Shown here: piece after piece, positions 10,447 through 21,282 of the stretch
How positions within the stretch are numbered: the stretch's first letter is position 1
Layout: each line of letters starts with the position of its first letter
NCBI GenBank assembly: GCA_045598145.1
Contig: JAZLLM010000031.1
Location: 1-63,053 of the forward strand
Origin: Bacilli bacterium
Lineage (GTDB): Bacteria > Bacillota_I > Bacilli_A > ML615J-28 > CAG-698
Length of the DNA: 63,053 bases
Direction: 5' to 3'
Notes under the pieces: model-generated
What the model was told of the DNA's origin: nothing
What the model saw: the letters and a program-made list of their open reading frames with translations, nothing else
Database searches by the model: none
Translations under genes and position numbers: made by a program

Positions 10447-11495
10447 TGGATGAAAATGAATTATTAAATAATGATTCATCAAATGAAGAAATAATAAATT
10501 TAGAAGTAAATGAAGAAGTAGATGTTAGTAAATATAAAAAAATGTTATTTACTAAGATTTTAGTAAAAGCATTAATTACTTTTGGATCTATTTTATTTAT
10601 TTGCTTGTTCTTAATATTTGATGATGTAAATTCAAGTGTAACAGGCCCAATTGAATCTTTAATATATTATTTCAAAACAGGCTTTTATCTTGAACTTACG
10701 GGAGCTTTAGGAATTTATGAATATTTAATCATAATAACACTTGCAATTGTTATATGGGTAATATTTGTAATATTGTTATATAAAAATACTATAAGTCCAA
10801 AAGATATTGTATTTTTAGCTGTTGGAGATACTAAAAAAAGAACTGAATATGTTTCAATGTATGGTGAAGAAAAGAAACATATATATGAAAAGAAAACTAA
10901 GAAAGTTGTTTTAACTTATTCTATTATTGATTATTACATGATAATTATAATAGCTGTGTTAACTGTTCTTTTCATGTTTACTTTTATTATGTTTCCAGCT
11001 GTGGTAAGTCAATCATCAATGGAAGATACTTTATATGAAGGTAATAGAGTATTAGTCTTTAATACTAATAAACTTGAAAAAGGTGACATAATTGTATTTA
11101 GTTATGATTACGATTATCAACAAAAATATGGTTGTGATGAAAATGAATTATTGATAAAGAGAGTTATTGCTACTAGTGGTGATGAATTCTCTTGTATTAA
11201 TGGTGTAATCTATATTAATGGTTTAGCTATGAATGAAGATTATGTTTCTTCATCAAACAAAGAATCAGACACATATACTTTAAATGATGTAATTAAACAT
11301 AATTCTAATGCATCTACAATTAAAGCTTTAATGGATGGTGAAAATAAGATACCTGAAGGCTACATTTTAGTTTTAGGTGATAATAGAAGAGTTAGTAATG
11401 ATAGCGAAGAATTTGGTTTAGTATGTGTTAAGCAAGTTGTTGGTAAAGTTAAATATTATAAGAGTAGTGATGGTTGGAAGAATATAGAAAAATAA
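10446..11495 (+). CDS. lepB: signal peptidase I
   Basis: SSMEDTL (catalytic Ser), IKRVIA (Lys), LGDNRRVSNDS; extended N-terminus with several TM helices. Confidence 0.9.
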   Translation: MDENELLNNDSSNEEIINLEVNEEVDVSKYKKMLFTKILVKALITFGSILFICLFLIFDDVNSSVTGPIESLIYYFKTGFYLELTGALGIYEYLIIITLAIVIWVIFVILLYKNTISPKDIVFLAVGDTKKRTEYVSMYGEEKKHIYEKKTKKVVLTYSIIDYYMIIIIAVLTVLFMFTFIMFPAVVSQSSMEDTLYEGNRVLVFNTNKLEKGDIIVFSYDYDYQQKYGCDENELLIKRVIATSGDEFSCINGVIYINGLAMNEDYVSSSNKESDTYTLNDVIKHNSNASTIKALMDGENKIPEGYILVLGDNRRVSNDSEEFGLVCVKQVVGKVKYYKSSDGWKNIEK

Positions 11496-11506
11496 TTGGT
11501 GGTTAT

Positions 11507-12352
11507 ATGAATAATATACAATGGTTTCCTGGCCATATGGCTAAGGCAAACAGAGAAATAGAAGAAAAATTAAAATTAGTTGATATTGTGCTTGAACTAA
11601 TTGATGCAAGAATTCCTAAATCTAGTTTAAATCCTATGTTTGAGCAACTACTTCAAAATAAAAAGAAAGTAGTTGTTATGACTAAAATTAAAATGGCTGA
11701 TACACAATATAATAATATGTGGAAAGAACATTACGAGAAAAATAATGTTAATGTAGTATTAGTAGATAGTATTAGTGGTTTTAATGTAAATAAAATTACA
11801 AATATTTGTAAAGAAGTTTTAAAAGAAAAAATCCAAAAAGATTTAGACAGAGGAATGAAAGCAAGACCAATAAGGGTTATGGTTATAGGCATACCTAATG
11901 TGGGAAAGAGCACATTAATCAATAAGCTAGTAGGTAAAAATATTACAGTTACCGCAAATAAGCCTGGTGTTACTAAGTCCCAACAATGGATACGTATCAA
12001 TAAAGATTTAGACTTGCTTGATACTCCTGGGGTTTTATGGCCAAAGTTTGATGATATAGTAACAGGATATAATTTAGCTTTAACTGGCGCTATTAAAGAT
12101 GATATTATTCATAATGACGATATGGTATTATATTTCTTAGATTATTTGAAAAAGAATTATCCTAATTCTTTGGAAAAATATTCATGCGATGTATCATTAT
12201 CAAATCTAGAGATTTTAGATAAAATAGCATCTATCAATCATTTCTATAAACAAAATAAAGATATTGATTATGATAGAGTATATAATTTAATTATTAATGA
12301 CTTTAGAAGTTTAAAACTAGGATTAATTACATTAGAGGCACCAAATGAGTAA
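11507..12352 (+). CDS. rbgA: ribosome biogenesis GTPase RbgA/YlqF
   Basis: IQWFPGHMAKA, GIPNVGKST, LLDTPGVLWPKF. Confidence 0.96.
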   Translation: MNNIQWFPGHMAKANREIEEKLKLVDIVLELIDARIPKSSLNPMFEQLLQNKKKVVVMTKIKMADTQYNNMWKEHYEKNNVNVVLVDSISGFNVNKITNICKEVLKEKIQKDLDRGMKARPIRVMVIGIPNVGKSTLINKLVGKNITVTANKPGVTKSQQWIRINKDLDLLDTPGVLWPKFDDIVTGYNLALTGAIKDDIIHNDDMVLYFLDYLKKNYPNSLEKYSCDVSLSNLEILDKIASINHFYKQNKDIDYDRVYNLIINDFRSLKLGLITLEAPNE

Positions 12353-12977
12353 GTTTGTATTACCTGAAGTGATTGATAAATATTATTACGAAAATGAGTT
12401 AGCAAAATTAGGATACAAATATATAGCAGGTTGTGATGAAGTTGGTAGAGGCCCAATGGCTGGACCACTAGTTACTGCTAGTGTTATCTTACCTAGTGAT
12501 TTTCGTATTGAAGGCTTAGATGATTCTAAAAAATTAAGTCCTAAAAAAAGAGAAGAATTATCTAAAATTATTAAAGAAAAAGCTATTGATTATTCTATTA
12601 CTTATATTAGTGTTAGTGACGTTGATAAACTGAATGTGTATGAAGCAAGTAAACAAGGAATGATAGAATGTGTAAGAAAATTAAAAAAATGTGATTATGT
12701 GTTAACTGACGCTATGCCAATAGATTTTGAAATTCCAGTTAAAAGCTTAATCAAAGGGGACATTTTATCTGCATCAATTGCAGCTGCATCAATTATCGCT
12801 AAAGTAGAAAGAGATAATTATATGGCTCAAATGGCTAAAGTATATCCTAATTATGGTTTTGAAAAACATAAAGGATATGTCACTAAAGCTCATTTAGAAG
12901 CAATAAAAAAATATGGTGTATCAGAGATTCATAGAAGGAGCTTTGCACCAGTTATTGAAGTATTAAATAGAAAATAG
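12345..12977 (+). CDS. rnhB: ribonuclease HII
   Basis: GCDEVGRGPMAGP, DDSKKL, SIAAASIIAKVERD. Confidence 0.96.
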   Translation: MSKFVLPEVIDKYYYENELAKLGYKYIAGCDEVGRGPMAGPLVTASVILPSDFRIEGLDDSKKLSPKKREELSKIIKEKAIDYSITYISVSDVDKLNVYEASKQGMIECVRKLKKCDYVLTDAMPIDFEIPVKSLIKGDILSASIAAASIIAKVERDNYMAQMAKVYPNYGFEKHKGYVTKAHLEAIKKYGVSEIHRRSFAPVIEVLNRK

Positions 12978-13004
12978 ATTCCTAATATTTGGGAATCTTT
13001 TTTT
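12976..13004 (+). terminator. terminator after rnhB
   Basis: AGATTCCTAA-tat-TTGGGAATCT followed by a T run. Confidence 0.7.
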
Positions 13005-13056
13005 ATGAAAACACACTTAAGAAAAAATGTTTTCATAAAAATAAAAATTATTTAAG

Positions 13057-13086
13057 TTGACAAAACTCAAGTTGTAATTATATAAT
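13057..13086 (+). promoter_or_regulatory. sigma-A promoter of topA
   Basis: TTGACA-18 nt-TATAAT. Confidence 0.7.
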
Positions 13087-13129
13087 ACTATTACACTCGA
13101 GATGAGTTTTTTAAAAATGGAGTAAGAAA

Positions 13130-15118
13130 ATGAGTAAATGCTTAGTAATAGTGGAATCACCTGCTAAATCTAAAACAATTGAAAAATACTTAGGAGAAGA
13201 TTATATCGTAACTTCTAGTAAAGGCCATATTAGAGATCTTACTACAAGGGGATATGGAGGCTTTGGAGTTGATATAGATAATGGTTTCCAACCAATGTAT
13301 AAGATAATGAAAGATAAGCATGAAACTGTAAAGGATTTAAAAGCTTTAGTTAAAAAAGTTGATAAAGTTTATCTTGCAACCGACCCAGATAGAGAAGGAG
13401 AAGCTATCAGTTGGCATTTATATGAAACACTAAATTTAGCTAAAAAGGATTATGAAAGAATAGTGTTCCATGAAGTTACTAAAGATGCTGTTTTAAAAGC
13501 AATTGAAAATGGACGTGAAATTGATATGGATTTAGTTCATTCTCAAGAATCTAGAAGAATAGTAGATAGAATTATTGGTTTTAGTTTATCTAAGTTACTT
13601 CAAAAGAAGATTGGTTCTAAATCTGCAGGACGTGTACAATCTGTAGCCTTAAAATTAATTGTAGATAGAGAGAAAGAAATAGAAAAATTTAAGCCAGAAG
13701 AGTATTGGGATATATCTTTAGAATTTACTAAAAAATTAAAAAAGGTTAAAGCTTTACTTACTAAATATAATGGTAAAAACATTAAAGTAACTAGTAAAGA
13801 AGAAAATGATCATATTTTAAGTGAACTTAGTGATGACTTTAAAATTAAGTATATTGAATATAAGAAAAAAGAAAAAGGACCAAAACCTCCTTTCACTACA
13901 TCTACTCTTCAGCAAGATGCATCTAGCAAGCTTAATTTCCAAGCTAAGAAAACAATGCAAATAGCTCAAGTATTATATGAAGGTGTAGATATTGAAAAAG
14001 AACGTGTAGGTTTAATTACTTATATGCGTACTGACTCAATAAGACTAAGCGATGAATTTATTAATGAAGCTAAAAAACATATTATCAAAAATTATGGTGA
14101 AGAATATTATCACGGATATAAGAAGTTTGAAGTAAAAACTAAAAACATTCAAGATGCTCATGAAGCTATTAGACCTTCTAACTTAAAATATACACCTGAT
14201 AAAGTGAAAGCATTCTTAAGTGCTGATGAATTAAAATTATATACAATGATTTATGATAGAGCAGTTTCGTCATTAATGACTAACGCTGTTGTGGAAGAAG
14301 AAAAAGTATCTATTGAAAACAATGCATATCAATTTGAAACATCTGGTGAAAGAGTAATATTTGAAGGATATATGAAAGTGTTTTCTAAATATGAAGATGA
14401 TGATGCAAAGAGGCTTCCCGATTTAGAGTGTGGTGAAATCATTAAAAATCCTAAAGTAGAAGGAATCCAAAAATTTACTAATCCTCCACTAAGATATAAT
14501 GAAGCAAGATTAATTAAGAAGATGGAAGAATTAGGTATTGGTAGACCATCTACTTATGCAGTTACAATAGAAACACTTAAAATTAGAGGATATGCAAAAT
14601 TAGACCGTAAGAATTTTGTGCCAACTAAGCAAGGTATTCTTACTATGGAAAAATTAGAAGAATATTTTAATAGAGTAATTAATATTGAATACACTGCAGA
14701 GATGGAAAAAGGCTTAGATGATATTAGTGAAGGTAAAGTTGAATGGAATAAGGAAGTAAGTGACTTCTATGCAATTTATAAACCTATATTTGATGAAGCT
14801 GAAGCTAATATGGAAAGAATGTATCCAATTGAAACCGATGAATTATGCCCAGAATGTGGAAGTAAGCTTTTAATCAGAAATGGTAGATTTGGTGAATTTA
14901 TAGCATGCTCTAATTTTCCTAAATGCCATTATACAAAAAAACAAGAGGAAACAATTGTACCTGTATCAACTGGTATTAAGTGTCCTAATTGTGAACATGG
15001 TATGATCGTTGAAAGAATAAGTGGAAGAGGTAGAAGTAAGGGGCAAAAGTTCTATGCATGTGACCAATATCCAAAATGCAAGACTACATATACATCATTA
15101 GATGAAGTTAAAAAATAA
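13130..15118 (+). CDS. topA: DNA topoisomerase I
   Basis: IVESPAK, ATDPDREGEAI, SAGRVQS, LITYMRTDS, two C-terminal zinc ribbons. Confidence 0.97.
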   Translation: MSKCLVIVESPAKSKTIEKYLGEDYIVTSSKGHIRDLTTRGYGGFGVDIDNGFQPMYKIMKDKHETVKDLKALVKKVDKVYLATDPDREGEAISWHLYETLNLAKKDYERIVFHEVTKDAVLKAIENGREIDMDLVHSQESRRIVDRIIGFSLSKLLQKKIGSKSAGRVQSVALKLIVDREKEIEKFKPEEYWDISLEFTKKLKKVKALLTKYNGKNIKVTSKEENDHILSELSDDFKIKYIEYKKKEKGPKPPFTTSTLQQDASSKLNFQAKKTMQIAQVLYEGVDIEKERVGLITYMRTDSIRLSDEFINEAKKHIIKNYGEEYYHGYKKFEVKTKNIQDAHEAIRPSNLKYTPDKVKAFLSADELKLYTMIYDRAVSSLMTNAVVEEEKVSIENNAYQFETSGERVIFEGYMKVFSKYEDDDAKRLPDLECGEIIKNPKVEGIQKFTNPPLRYNEARLIKKMEELGIGRPSTYAVTIETLKIRGYAKLDRKNFVPTKQGILTMEKLEEYFNRVINIEYTAEMEKGLDDISEGKVEWNKEVSDFYAIYKPIFDEAEANMERMYPIETDELCPECGSKLLIRNGRFGEFIACSNFPKCHYTKKQEETIVPVSTGIKCPNCEHGMIVERISGRGRSKGQKFYACDQYPKCKTTYTSLDEVKK

Positions 15119-15125
15119 TAAATAT

Positions 15126-15161
15126 GTGTAATATGATGGAAACATTATATTGCACTTTTTT
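15126..15161 (+). terminator. terminator after topA
   Basis: GTGTAATATGATG-gaaa-CATTATATTGCAC followed by a T run. Confidence 0.7.
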
Positions 15162-15275
15162 GTTTAATATATGTCGATTTTAGAGTGAAAAAATGCGAGT
15201 CAGCTTTATAAAACTTGACTAAATACATATATGTGTGTTATTATATTAGAGTTGTTTTAGTGAGGAATTTTAAAA

Positions 15276-16532
15276 ATGGCTAGAATACAAAAAAGATTTG
15301 ATATTAAAAAAGAGAATAAAAAACCTAGAAAAATATTGATGCCTATAGAATGGTTTGGAAGTATCCCTGTTGTTATACTTGCAAGACTAAAATTAAGAAA
15401 GCATAATATGAAAGGTGTTAAAGGACCTTATTTAGTTTTATCTAATCATGCATCAATGGTAGATTTTCAAACTGTAATTACTGCATGCTTCCCACACAGA
15501 TTACATTGGGTAGTTTCAATTGAAGAATTTGTAGGTAGAGAATGGTTAATGAGAGGTATTGGTGGTATACCAAAAAGAAAGTTTACTACAGGTACTACTT
15601 TGATTAGACAAATGGTTACTGCTTTACAAAAAAATAAGAAGTCAGTTGTTGTTTATCCTGAAGCAAGATTTAGTTTAGCTGGTATTACTGAAGATATCGG
15701 AAAAGCGTTAGGCAAATTTGTAAAGCTTGCAAAGGTACCAGTGCTTGTATTAAACCAAAAAGGTAACTTTATTAGAAGCCCACAATGGTGTAAACATCCT
15801 ATTAGACATATACCATTAAGAGCTGATTTAACATGTGTTGCTAATAAAGAAGAAGTATTGACATTATCAGCTGATGAAATTCAAGAAAGAATAGAAAAGG
15901 CATTTGTTTATGATGATTATCAATATCAATATGATAACAAGATAAAAATCAAGACAAAGAAGAGAGCTCAAAATATTCACAAAATTTTATATAAGTGCCC
16001 TATCTGTGGTGAAGAGCATTATATGAGATCTGAAAACACAATGCTATGGTGTGATAATTGTGGTGCTAAGTGGGAAATGGACGTATATGGAAGACTTCAT
16101 TCATTAACAGGTGAAGATAAATTTAATCATGTTCCTGATTGGTATAGATGGGAAAGAGATTGTGTTAATAAAGAAGTTGAAGATGGTACATATTATTTTG
16201 AAGATAAAGTTAGAATAGAAGAATTATATTCCGCAAAGATTGGCTTTGTAAATTTAGGTGAAGTAACTATGAAGCAAGACTTAAGTGGTATATACCTAAA
16301 TGGTAAGCTAGATAATGGTACTGAATTTAACTTATTTAAACCAGCTGAATCTACAGCTTCTCTTCATATTGAATACAATTTCAAAAAACGTGGTGATGCA
16401 ATGGATATTAATACTTTAGATAGCACATGGTTTGTATATCCTTTGAATTATGATAACATAATTACTAAGATGCACTTCGCTACAGAAGCTATATATCACA
16501 AAGCTTTAAGAGACAAAAATATTGATAAGTAA
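15276..16532 (+). CDS. PlsC-like lysophospholipid acyltransferase with C-terminal Zn-ribbon extension
   Basis: NHASMVD (HX4D) and YPEAR motifs; CPIC...CDNC. Confidence 0.8.
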   Translation: MARIQKRFDIKKENKKPRKILMPIEWFGSIPVVILARLKLRKHNMKGVKGPYLVLSNHASMVDFQTVITACFPHRLHWVVSIEEFVGREWLMRGIGGIPKRKFTTGTTLIRQMVTALQKNKKSVVVYPEARFSLAGITEDIGKALGKFVKLAKVPVLVLNQKGNFIRSPQWCKHPIRHIPLRADLTCVANKEEVLTLSADEIQERIEKAFVYDDYQYQYDNKIKIKTKKRAQNIHKILYKCPICGEEHYMRSENTMLWCDNCGAKWEMDVYGRLHSLTGEDKFNHVPDWYRWERDCVNKEVEDGTYYFEDKVRIEELYSAKIGFVNLGEVTMKQDLSGIYLNGKLDNGTEFNLFKPAESTASLHIEYNFKKRGDAMDINTLDSTWFVYPLNYDNIITKMHFATEAIYHKALRDKNIDK

Positions 16533-16564
16533 GGCGTTAAATCATTGATTTAGCGTCTTTTTTT
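16531..16564 (+). terminator. terminator after acyltransferase gene
   Basis: AAGGCGTTAAATC-att-GATTTAGCGTCTT followed by a T run. Confidence 0.75.
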
Positions 16565-16682
16565 GCTTTCCTAAATTATTTATAAAAAATAAGTGCTAGT
16601 TATTAAAAATAAAAGCCTTTTTCTCTTTTAAATATTGGAAAAATATGATATAATAATATATATGATGGAGGCGTGTGGCCTA

Positions 16683-17663
16683 ATGGGATTATTTAGTTTT
16701 TTAAAGAAAAATAAAGAGAAAAAAGAACAATTAAGAAAGTATGAAGTAGGTATGGAGAAAACTAGAAAATCTAGTTTTTCTAGACTTAGTGCTTTATTTA
16801 ATAAATCAAGTCAGATTAATGATGATTTGTTTGACGAATTAGAAGAAATCTTTGTAATGGCTGATATTGGTGTTGATACAGTTGTGGAATTCGTTGACGA
16901 ATTAAGAGAAGACGTTAGAGTTAAAGGCATTACTAATGCTACTGATTTACAGCCTATAGTAGTAGATAAAATGTTTGACATTTATCTAAAAGGGGAGGTA
17001 GTAAATTCTAACTTGCGTTTTAATAAGGATGGATTAAGTGTATTCTTGTTCGTTGGTGTAAATGGTGTTGGTAAGACTACTACTATTGCTAAGATTGCAA
17101 ATAAACTTAAGAACGAAGGTCATAAAGTATTAATTGCTGCTGGTGATACATTTAGAGCTGGAGCTACTGAACAATTAGAAGTTTGGGGTGAAAGAGTAGG
17201 ATGTAAAGTAGTTAGCGGTAAAGAAGGTGCCGACCCATCTAGTGTTATCTATGAAGGCATTAAAAAAGCTAAAGAAGAAGGCTATGATGTATTACTTTGT
17301 GATACAGCTGGTAGGCTTCAAACAAAAGTTAATTTAATGAAGGAATTAGAAAAGATGAAGAAAGTAATATCAAGAGAGGTTGAAGGTGCTCCTCAAGATA
17401 CTTTACTTGTAATTGATGCAACTACAGGACAAAATGGTTTGAGTCAAGCTAAGGCTTTTATAGAAGCTACTGATGTTAGTGGGGTTGTGCTTACTAAATT
17501 AGATGGTACAGCTAAAGGTGGCATTGTACTTGCCATAAGAGATAAATACAATATCCCAATTAAGTTTGTATGCTTAGGTGAAAAAGTTAATGATATTGAA
17601 TATTTTGATATTGAAAGTTATGTATATGGATTATTCAGTGACATTATAAAGGAAGAAGAATAA
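16683..17663 (+). CDS. ftsY: signal recognition particle receptor FtsY
   Basis: GVNGVGKTTT, DTFRAGA, DTAGRLQ, TKLDGTAKGG. Start at ATG 16683 after GGAGG. Confidence 0.96.
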   Translation: MGLFSFLKKNKEKKEQLRKYEVGMEKTRKSSFSRLSALFNKSSQINDDLFDELEEIFVMADIGVDTVVEFVDELREDVRVKGITNATDLQPIVVDKMFDIYLKGEVVNSNLRFNKDGLSVFLFVGVNGVGKTTTIAKIANKLKNEGHKVLIAAGDTFRAGATEQLEVWGERVGCKVVSGKEGADPSSVIYEGIKKAKEEGYDVLLCDTAGRLQTKVNLMKELEKMKKVISREVEGAPQDTLLVIDATTGQNGLSQAKAFIEATDVSGVVLTKLDGTAKGGIVLAIRDKYNIPIKFVCLGEKVNDIEYFDIESYVYGLFSDIIKEEE

Positions 17664-17998
17664 TGGAAAAAGATGAATTATATTCTAAGAAAGAACATAT
17701 GGCATCTTTGTATGATGTATATCAAAACTTATTAACTGAAAAGCAAAGAACATATTTTGAAAGCTATTACTTTGATGATTTATCATTAGGCGAAATAGCC
17801 TTAGAAAATGGCATAAGTAGAAATGCGGTATTTGTAAGCTTGAAAGCAATATGCACATCATTAGATACTTATGAAGAAAAGTTAGGAATTTTAAAAATTA
17901 AAAATAAAATAAATGATATTATTGTAAAGCATGAAAATGCAAAATCAGAAGAAGTAAAAGAAATAATAAAAGAATTAATAAATATAGAAATGGAGTAA
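17663..17998 (+). CDS. ylxM: YlxM-family SRP-associated HTH protein
   Basis: LLTEKQRTYFESYYFDDLSLGEIA; position between ftsY and ffh. Confidence 0.92.
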   Translation: MEKDELYSKKEHMASLYDVYQNLLTEKQRTYFESYYFDDLSLGEIALENGISRNAVFVSLKAICTSLDTYEEKLGILKIKNKINDIIVKHENAKSEEVKEIIKELINIEME

Positions 17999-18002
17999 AG
18001 CT

Positions 18003-19406
18003 ATGCCATTTGAAAGTTTATCTGAAAGATTACAAATGAGTATGCGTCGTATCACAGGACGTGGACGCTTAAATGAAAATGATATTGATGAAATGATGAA
18101 AGAAGTCCGTCTTTCATTATTAGAAGCCGATGTAAACTATAAGGTTGTAAAAAACTTTATCGCTGACGTTAAAGAAAAAGCTTTAGGCGAAAAGATCATG
18201 AAATCTTTAACTCCTGGAGATCAAGTAGTTAAAATTGTTCATGATGAATTAAAGAAATTAATGGGTGATGAAGCTAGCGAAATAGTATATAAAGAAAACG
18301 GTATGACTGTTGTTATGCTTGTGGGTTTACAAGGTGCTGGTAAAACTACTCATTGCGGTAAGCTTGCTCAATATTTAAGAAAGAAAGATAAAAAAAGACC
18401 ATTACTTATTGCAGGTGACATCTACCGTCCTGCTGCTATTGACCAATTAGTTACAGTAGGTAAGCAATTAGGTATTGAAACTTTCGAGATGGGTAATAAA
18501 GAAAAAGTTACCACAATCGTAAGTGAAGGCTTGAAATATGCGCGTAAAATGAATTATGATTTAGTAATCATAGACACAGCAGGTAGACTTCATATTGACG
18601 ATGAATTAATGAAGGAATTACAAGATGTATGCGCTGTAGCTAAACCTGATGAAGTTATCTTGACTATTGACTCTATGATGGGTCAAGATGCCATCAATGT
18701 TATTACAACTTTTAATGAAAAATTAAAACTTACAGGTTGTATCCTAACAAAATTAGATGGTGATACTAGAGGTGGTGCTGCTTTATCAATTAGATATTTA
18801 ACTAACGTGCCAATTAAGTATATAGGTTTAGGTGAAAAGCTAGACCAATTAGAATTATTCCATCCTGATAGAATGGCAGGAAGAATATTAGGTATGGGTG
18901 ACGTTGTAAGTTTTGTAGAAAAAGCAACAGAAAGTATTGATGAAGACGAAGCCTTAAAGCTAATGGAAAAAATTCAAAAAGGCGTATATAACTATAATGA
19001 CTTTTTAAAACAATTAAAGTGGATTAAAAGAATGGGTTCACTAAAAAGCTTATTAGGTATGATACCTGGTATTGGAAGTCAAATCAAAAATGTGGATATT
19101 GATGATAAGCAATTAGTATATATTGAAACTATAGTATCATCAATGACAGCTGAAGAGAGACGTAAACCAGAATTAGTATCAAAAAGTCCTAGTAGAAGAG
19201 AAAGAATCAGCAAAGGTTCTGGTAGAAGTTATCAAGAAGTTAATAACTTGGTTAAGCGCTTTGAAGATATGGCAACTCAACTTAAAAAAATGGCTGGCAT
19301 GAGCGAAAGTGATATGCAAAGAAGTATGAAGACAGGCCAAGGTATGCCTCAATCTAAACAAAAAAAGGGTAAAGGTAAAGGTAGAGGAAACTTTAGAATT
19401 GGCTAA
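18003..19406 (+). CDS. ffh: signal recognition particle protein Ffh
   Basis: GLQGAGKTT, DTAGRLH, FHPDRMAGRILGMGD, Met-rich M domain. Confidence 0.97.
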   Translation: MPFESLSERLQMSMRRITGRGRLNENDIDEMMKEVRLSLLEADVNYKVVKNFIADVKEKALGEKIMKSLTPGDQVVKIVHDELKKLMGDEASEIVYKENGMTVVMLVGLQGAGKTTHCGKLAQYLRKKDKKRPLLIAGDIYRPAAIDQLVTVGKQLGIETFEMGNKEKVTTIVSEGLKYARKMNYDLVIIDTAGRLHIDDELMKELQDVCAVAKPDEVILTIDSMMGQDAINVITTFNEKLKLTGCILTKLDGDTRGGAALSIRYLTNVPIKYIGLGEKLDQLELFHPDRMAGRILGMGDVVSFVEKATESIDEDEALKLMEKIQKGVYNYNDFLKQLKWIKRMGSLKSLLGMIPGIGSQIKNVDIDDKQLVYIETIVSSMTAEERRKPELVSKSPSRRERISKGSGRSYQEVNNLVKRFEDMATQLKKMAGMSESDMQRSMKTGQGMPQSKQKKGKGKGRGNFRIG

Positions 19407-19429
19407 ATAAAATAATAGGAGGTTACTTC

Positions 19430-21265
19430 ATGAGTAACGAATTAGAATTAGAAAAAATAATTAAAGATTATGCAGTTTCAAATACTAAAACAAGTTCTAA
19501 ACGTTTAGCGTTTTTTGACGAAGTTTTCTCAAAAGTAAGAAGAGGAAATAGAGAAGGAAATGATGCGATTAAAACTATTGAAAAAGCATATCAAGAAGAA
19601 CTAAAAATTGAAAGCGAAAAATTCAATGAATTAACATCTAATATAGGTGCAATTGAAGCTGAATTAAAGAGTGGACTTGATGCATATTATGAAAATTATA
19701 ACATTGAAAATGAAACAAAAAAATTAGAAGATGCTAAAGAAAAAGGTATGCAGCCTAAACAATTAATTTTTAGAAAAGAAACTCATGATGTAAATTTCAA
19801 ATTAGATCGTATTTTAAAAGAAGAGAAAGATATATTAAAAGCTAAGCAAGATGAATATGATGAATTAGAAAAAACATATCAAGCTAAGATTAATGAATTA
19901 GAAAAGAAATTAAAATATGAACTAAATAAAGAAAAACAAGCAACTATTAACACAAGTGATGAATCACAAAAACGCTTGCTTGAAACTAATGATCGTCGCG
20001 AAATCAAAAAGCTAAATAAAACTTTACAAGAAATTAGAAAAGAAAGTATTAAGAAGATTAGAAAAATAAGACTAGAATATCTAGACTTAATTAAAAACGA
20101 AAATATTGACTTCGCAAACAAGAAAAAAGATTATGATTTATCAATGGTTGATATTAACCAAGATTTTAAAATCAAAAAGCAAGAATTAGAAAGCGAAAGA
20201 AAAAGAGTTAATTTACGTTACCAAATTGAATTAGATAAATATGATTTTGGAAGTAAACGTGCAATCAATAATTTAAATAAAAAGATGATTGCGAAAAAGA
20301 ACAGTTTGATTTTATCATATTTAGAAAAAGAAAAAGATTTAGTAACAGCTTATAGAGAAGACGCTAAAGAGGATATAAAAAAGCGTATAATAATTAGTGA
20401 AGACGTTATGAAGGTAATGGACTCTAATTATAAAGCTGTCTATGAAACTTTAAAGCTTAGTGATTTAGTAATTGATAATAATTACATTGATGAACTTAAA
20501 AATATACGTTCATTATTTGGTGAATTTATCGAATTCACATTCATTAATATAAGTGCACTTCATCAAGAATATATCACTAAAGAAATTGAAAGTGAATATG
20601 ATGTAATCAAATTATTTATAAACGCAAAAGCAAACATTGATGTTTTATGCAAAAAAGACTATAAAGCTTATGCTTCTAGACTTGAGGATTTATACAATAA
20701 ATTCAAACAAGAGTCTGCGGAAAAAGCTCATGAATTTGAAAATAAATTAGATGAATTATATGATAAGGTTGTTGAATTTATTAATTCAATCTTTGCATCA
20801 TTAGAAGGTATTTGGAAAGATAGTGATATGAGATCTAAATACCATAAGGAATTAAGTGATTTATTTAGTGTTGGAGTAGATGAAAACATCAAGTATCAAA
20901 AGGATTATTACGAACATGAACTTAATACATTTGAATATGTAGATAATGTATTAAATAAATATAATGATGCTTTAAGTTCATCAAACAAAGAAAACGATGA
21001 TACTAGTAAGAATCATGAACAAGTCGATAAAGAGATTAGTGATAATCAAGTAGCATATAACAGCCAAAAAGAAAAAGAATTAGCAGATATTGATTCAGAA
21101 ATGCAAGCATTAATTAAAGAAATTAATGATGATGCATTAAAACAAAAAGAAGAAATCAATAACACACTAAATACTACAGTAACAAATATCAATACAAAAT
21201 TAGAAAACGACAAGAAAGAAATCGAAGACGATTATAATACAGAACTTAATTTACTTAAGAATTAA
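19430..21265 (+). CDS. hypothetical long coiled-coil protein
   Basis: 611 aa, rich in K/E/N heptads, almost no Pro, GGAGG RBS, no ATPase motifs. Confidence 0.75.
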   Translation: MSNELELEKIIKDYAVSNTKTSSKRLAFFDEVFSKVRRGNREGNDAIKTIEKAYQEELKIESEKFNELTSNIGAIEAELKSGLDAYYENYNIENETKKLEDAKEKGMQPKQLIFRKETHDVNFKLDRILKEEKDILKAKQDEYDELEKTYQAKINELEKKLKYELNKEKQATINTSDESQKRLLETNDRREIKKLNKTLQEIRKESIKKIRKIRLEYLDLIKNENIDFANKKKDYDLSMVDINQDFKIKKQELESERKRVNLRYQIELDKYDFGSKRAINNLNKKMIAKKNSLILSYLEKEKDLVTAYREDAKEDIKKRIIISEDVMKVMDSNYKAVYETLKLSDLVIDNNYIDELKNIRSLFGEFIEFTFINISALHQEYITKEIESEYDVIKLFINAKANIDVLCKKDYKAYASRLEDLYNKFKQESAEKAHEFENKLDELYDKVVEFINSIFASLEGIWKDSDMRSKYHKELSDLFSVGVDENIKYQKDYYEHELNTFEYVDNVLNKYNDALSSSNKENDDTSKNHEQVDKEISDNQVAYNSQKEKELADIDSEMQALIKEINDDALKQKEEINNTLNTTVTNINTKLENDKKEIEDDYNTELNLLKN

Positions 21266-21282
21266 GAGAAAGATGTGAGTCC

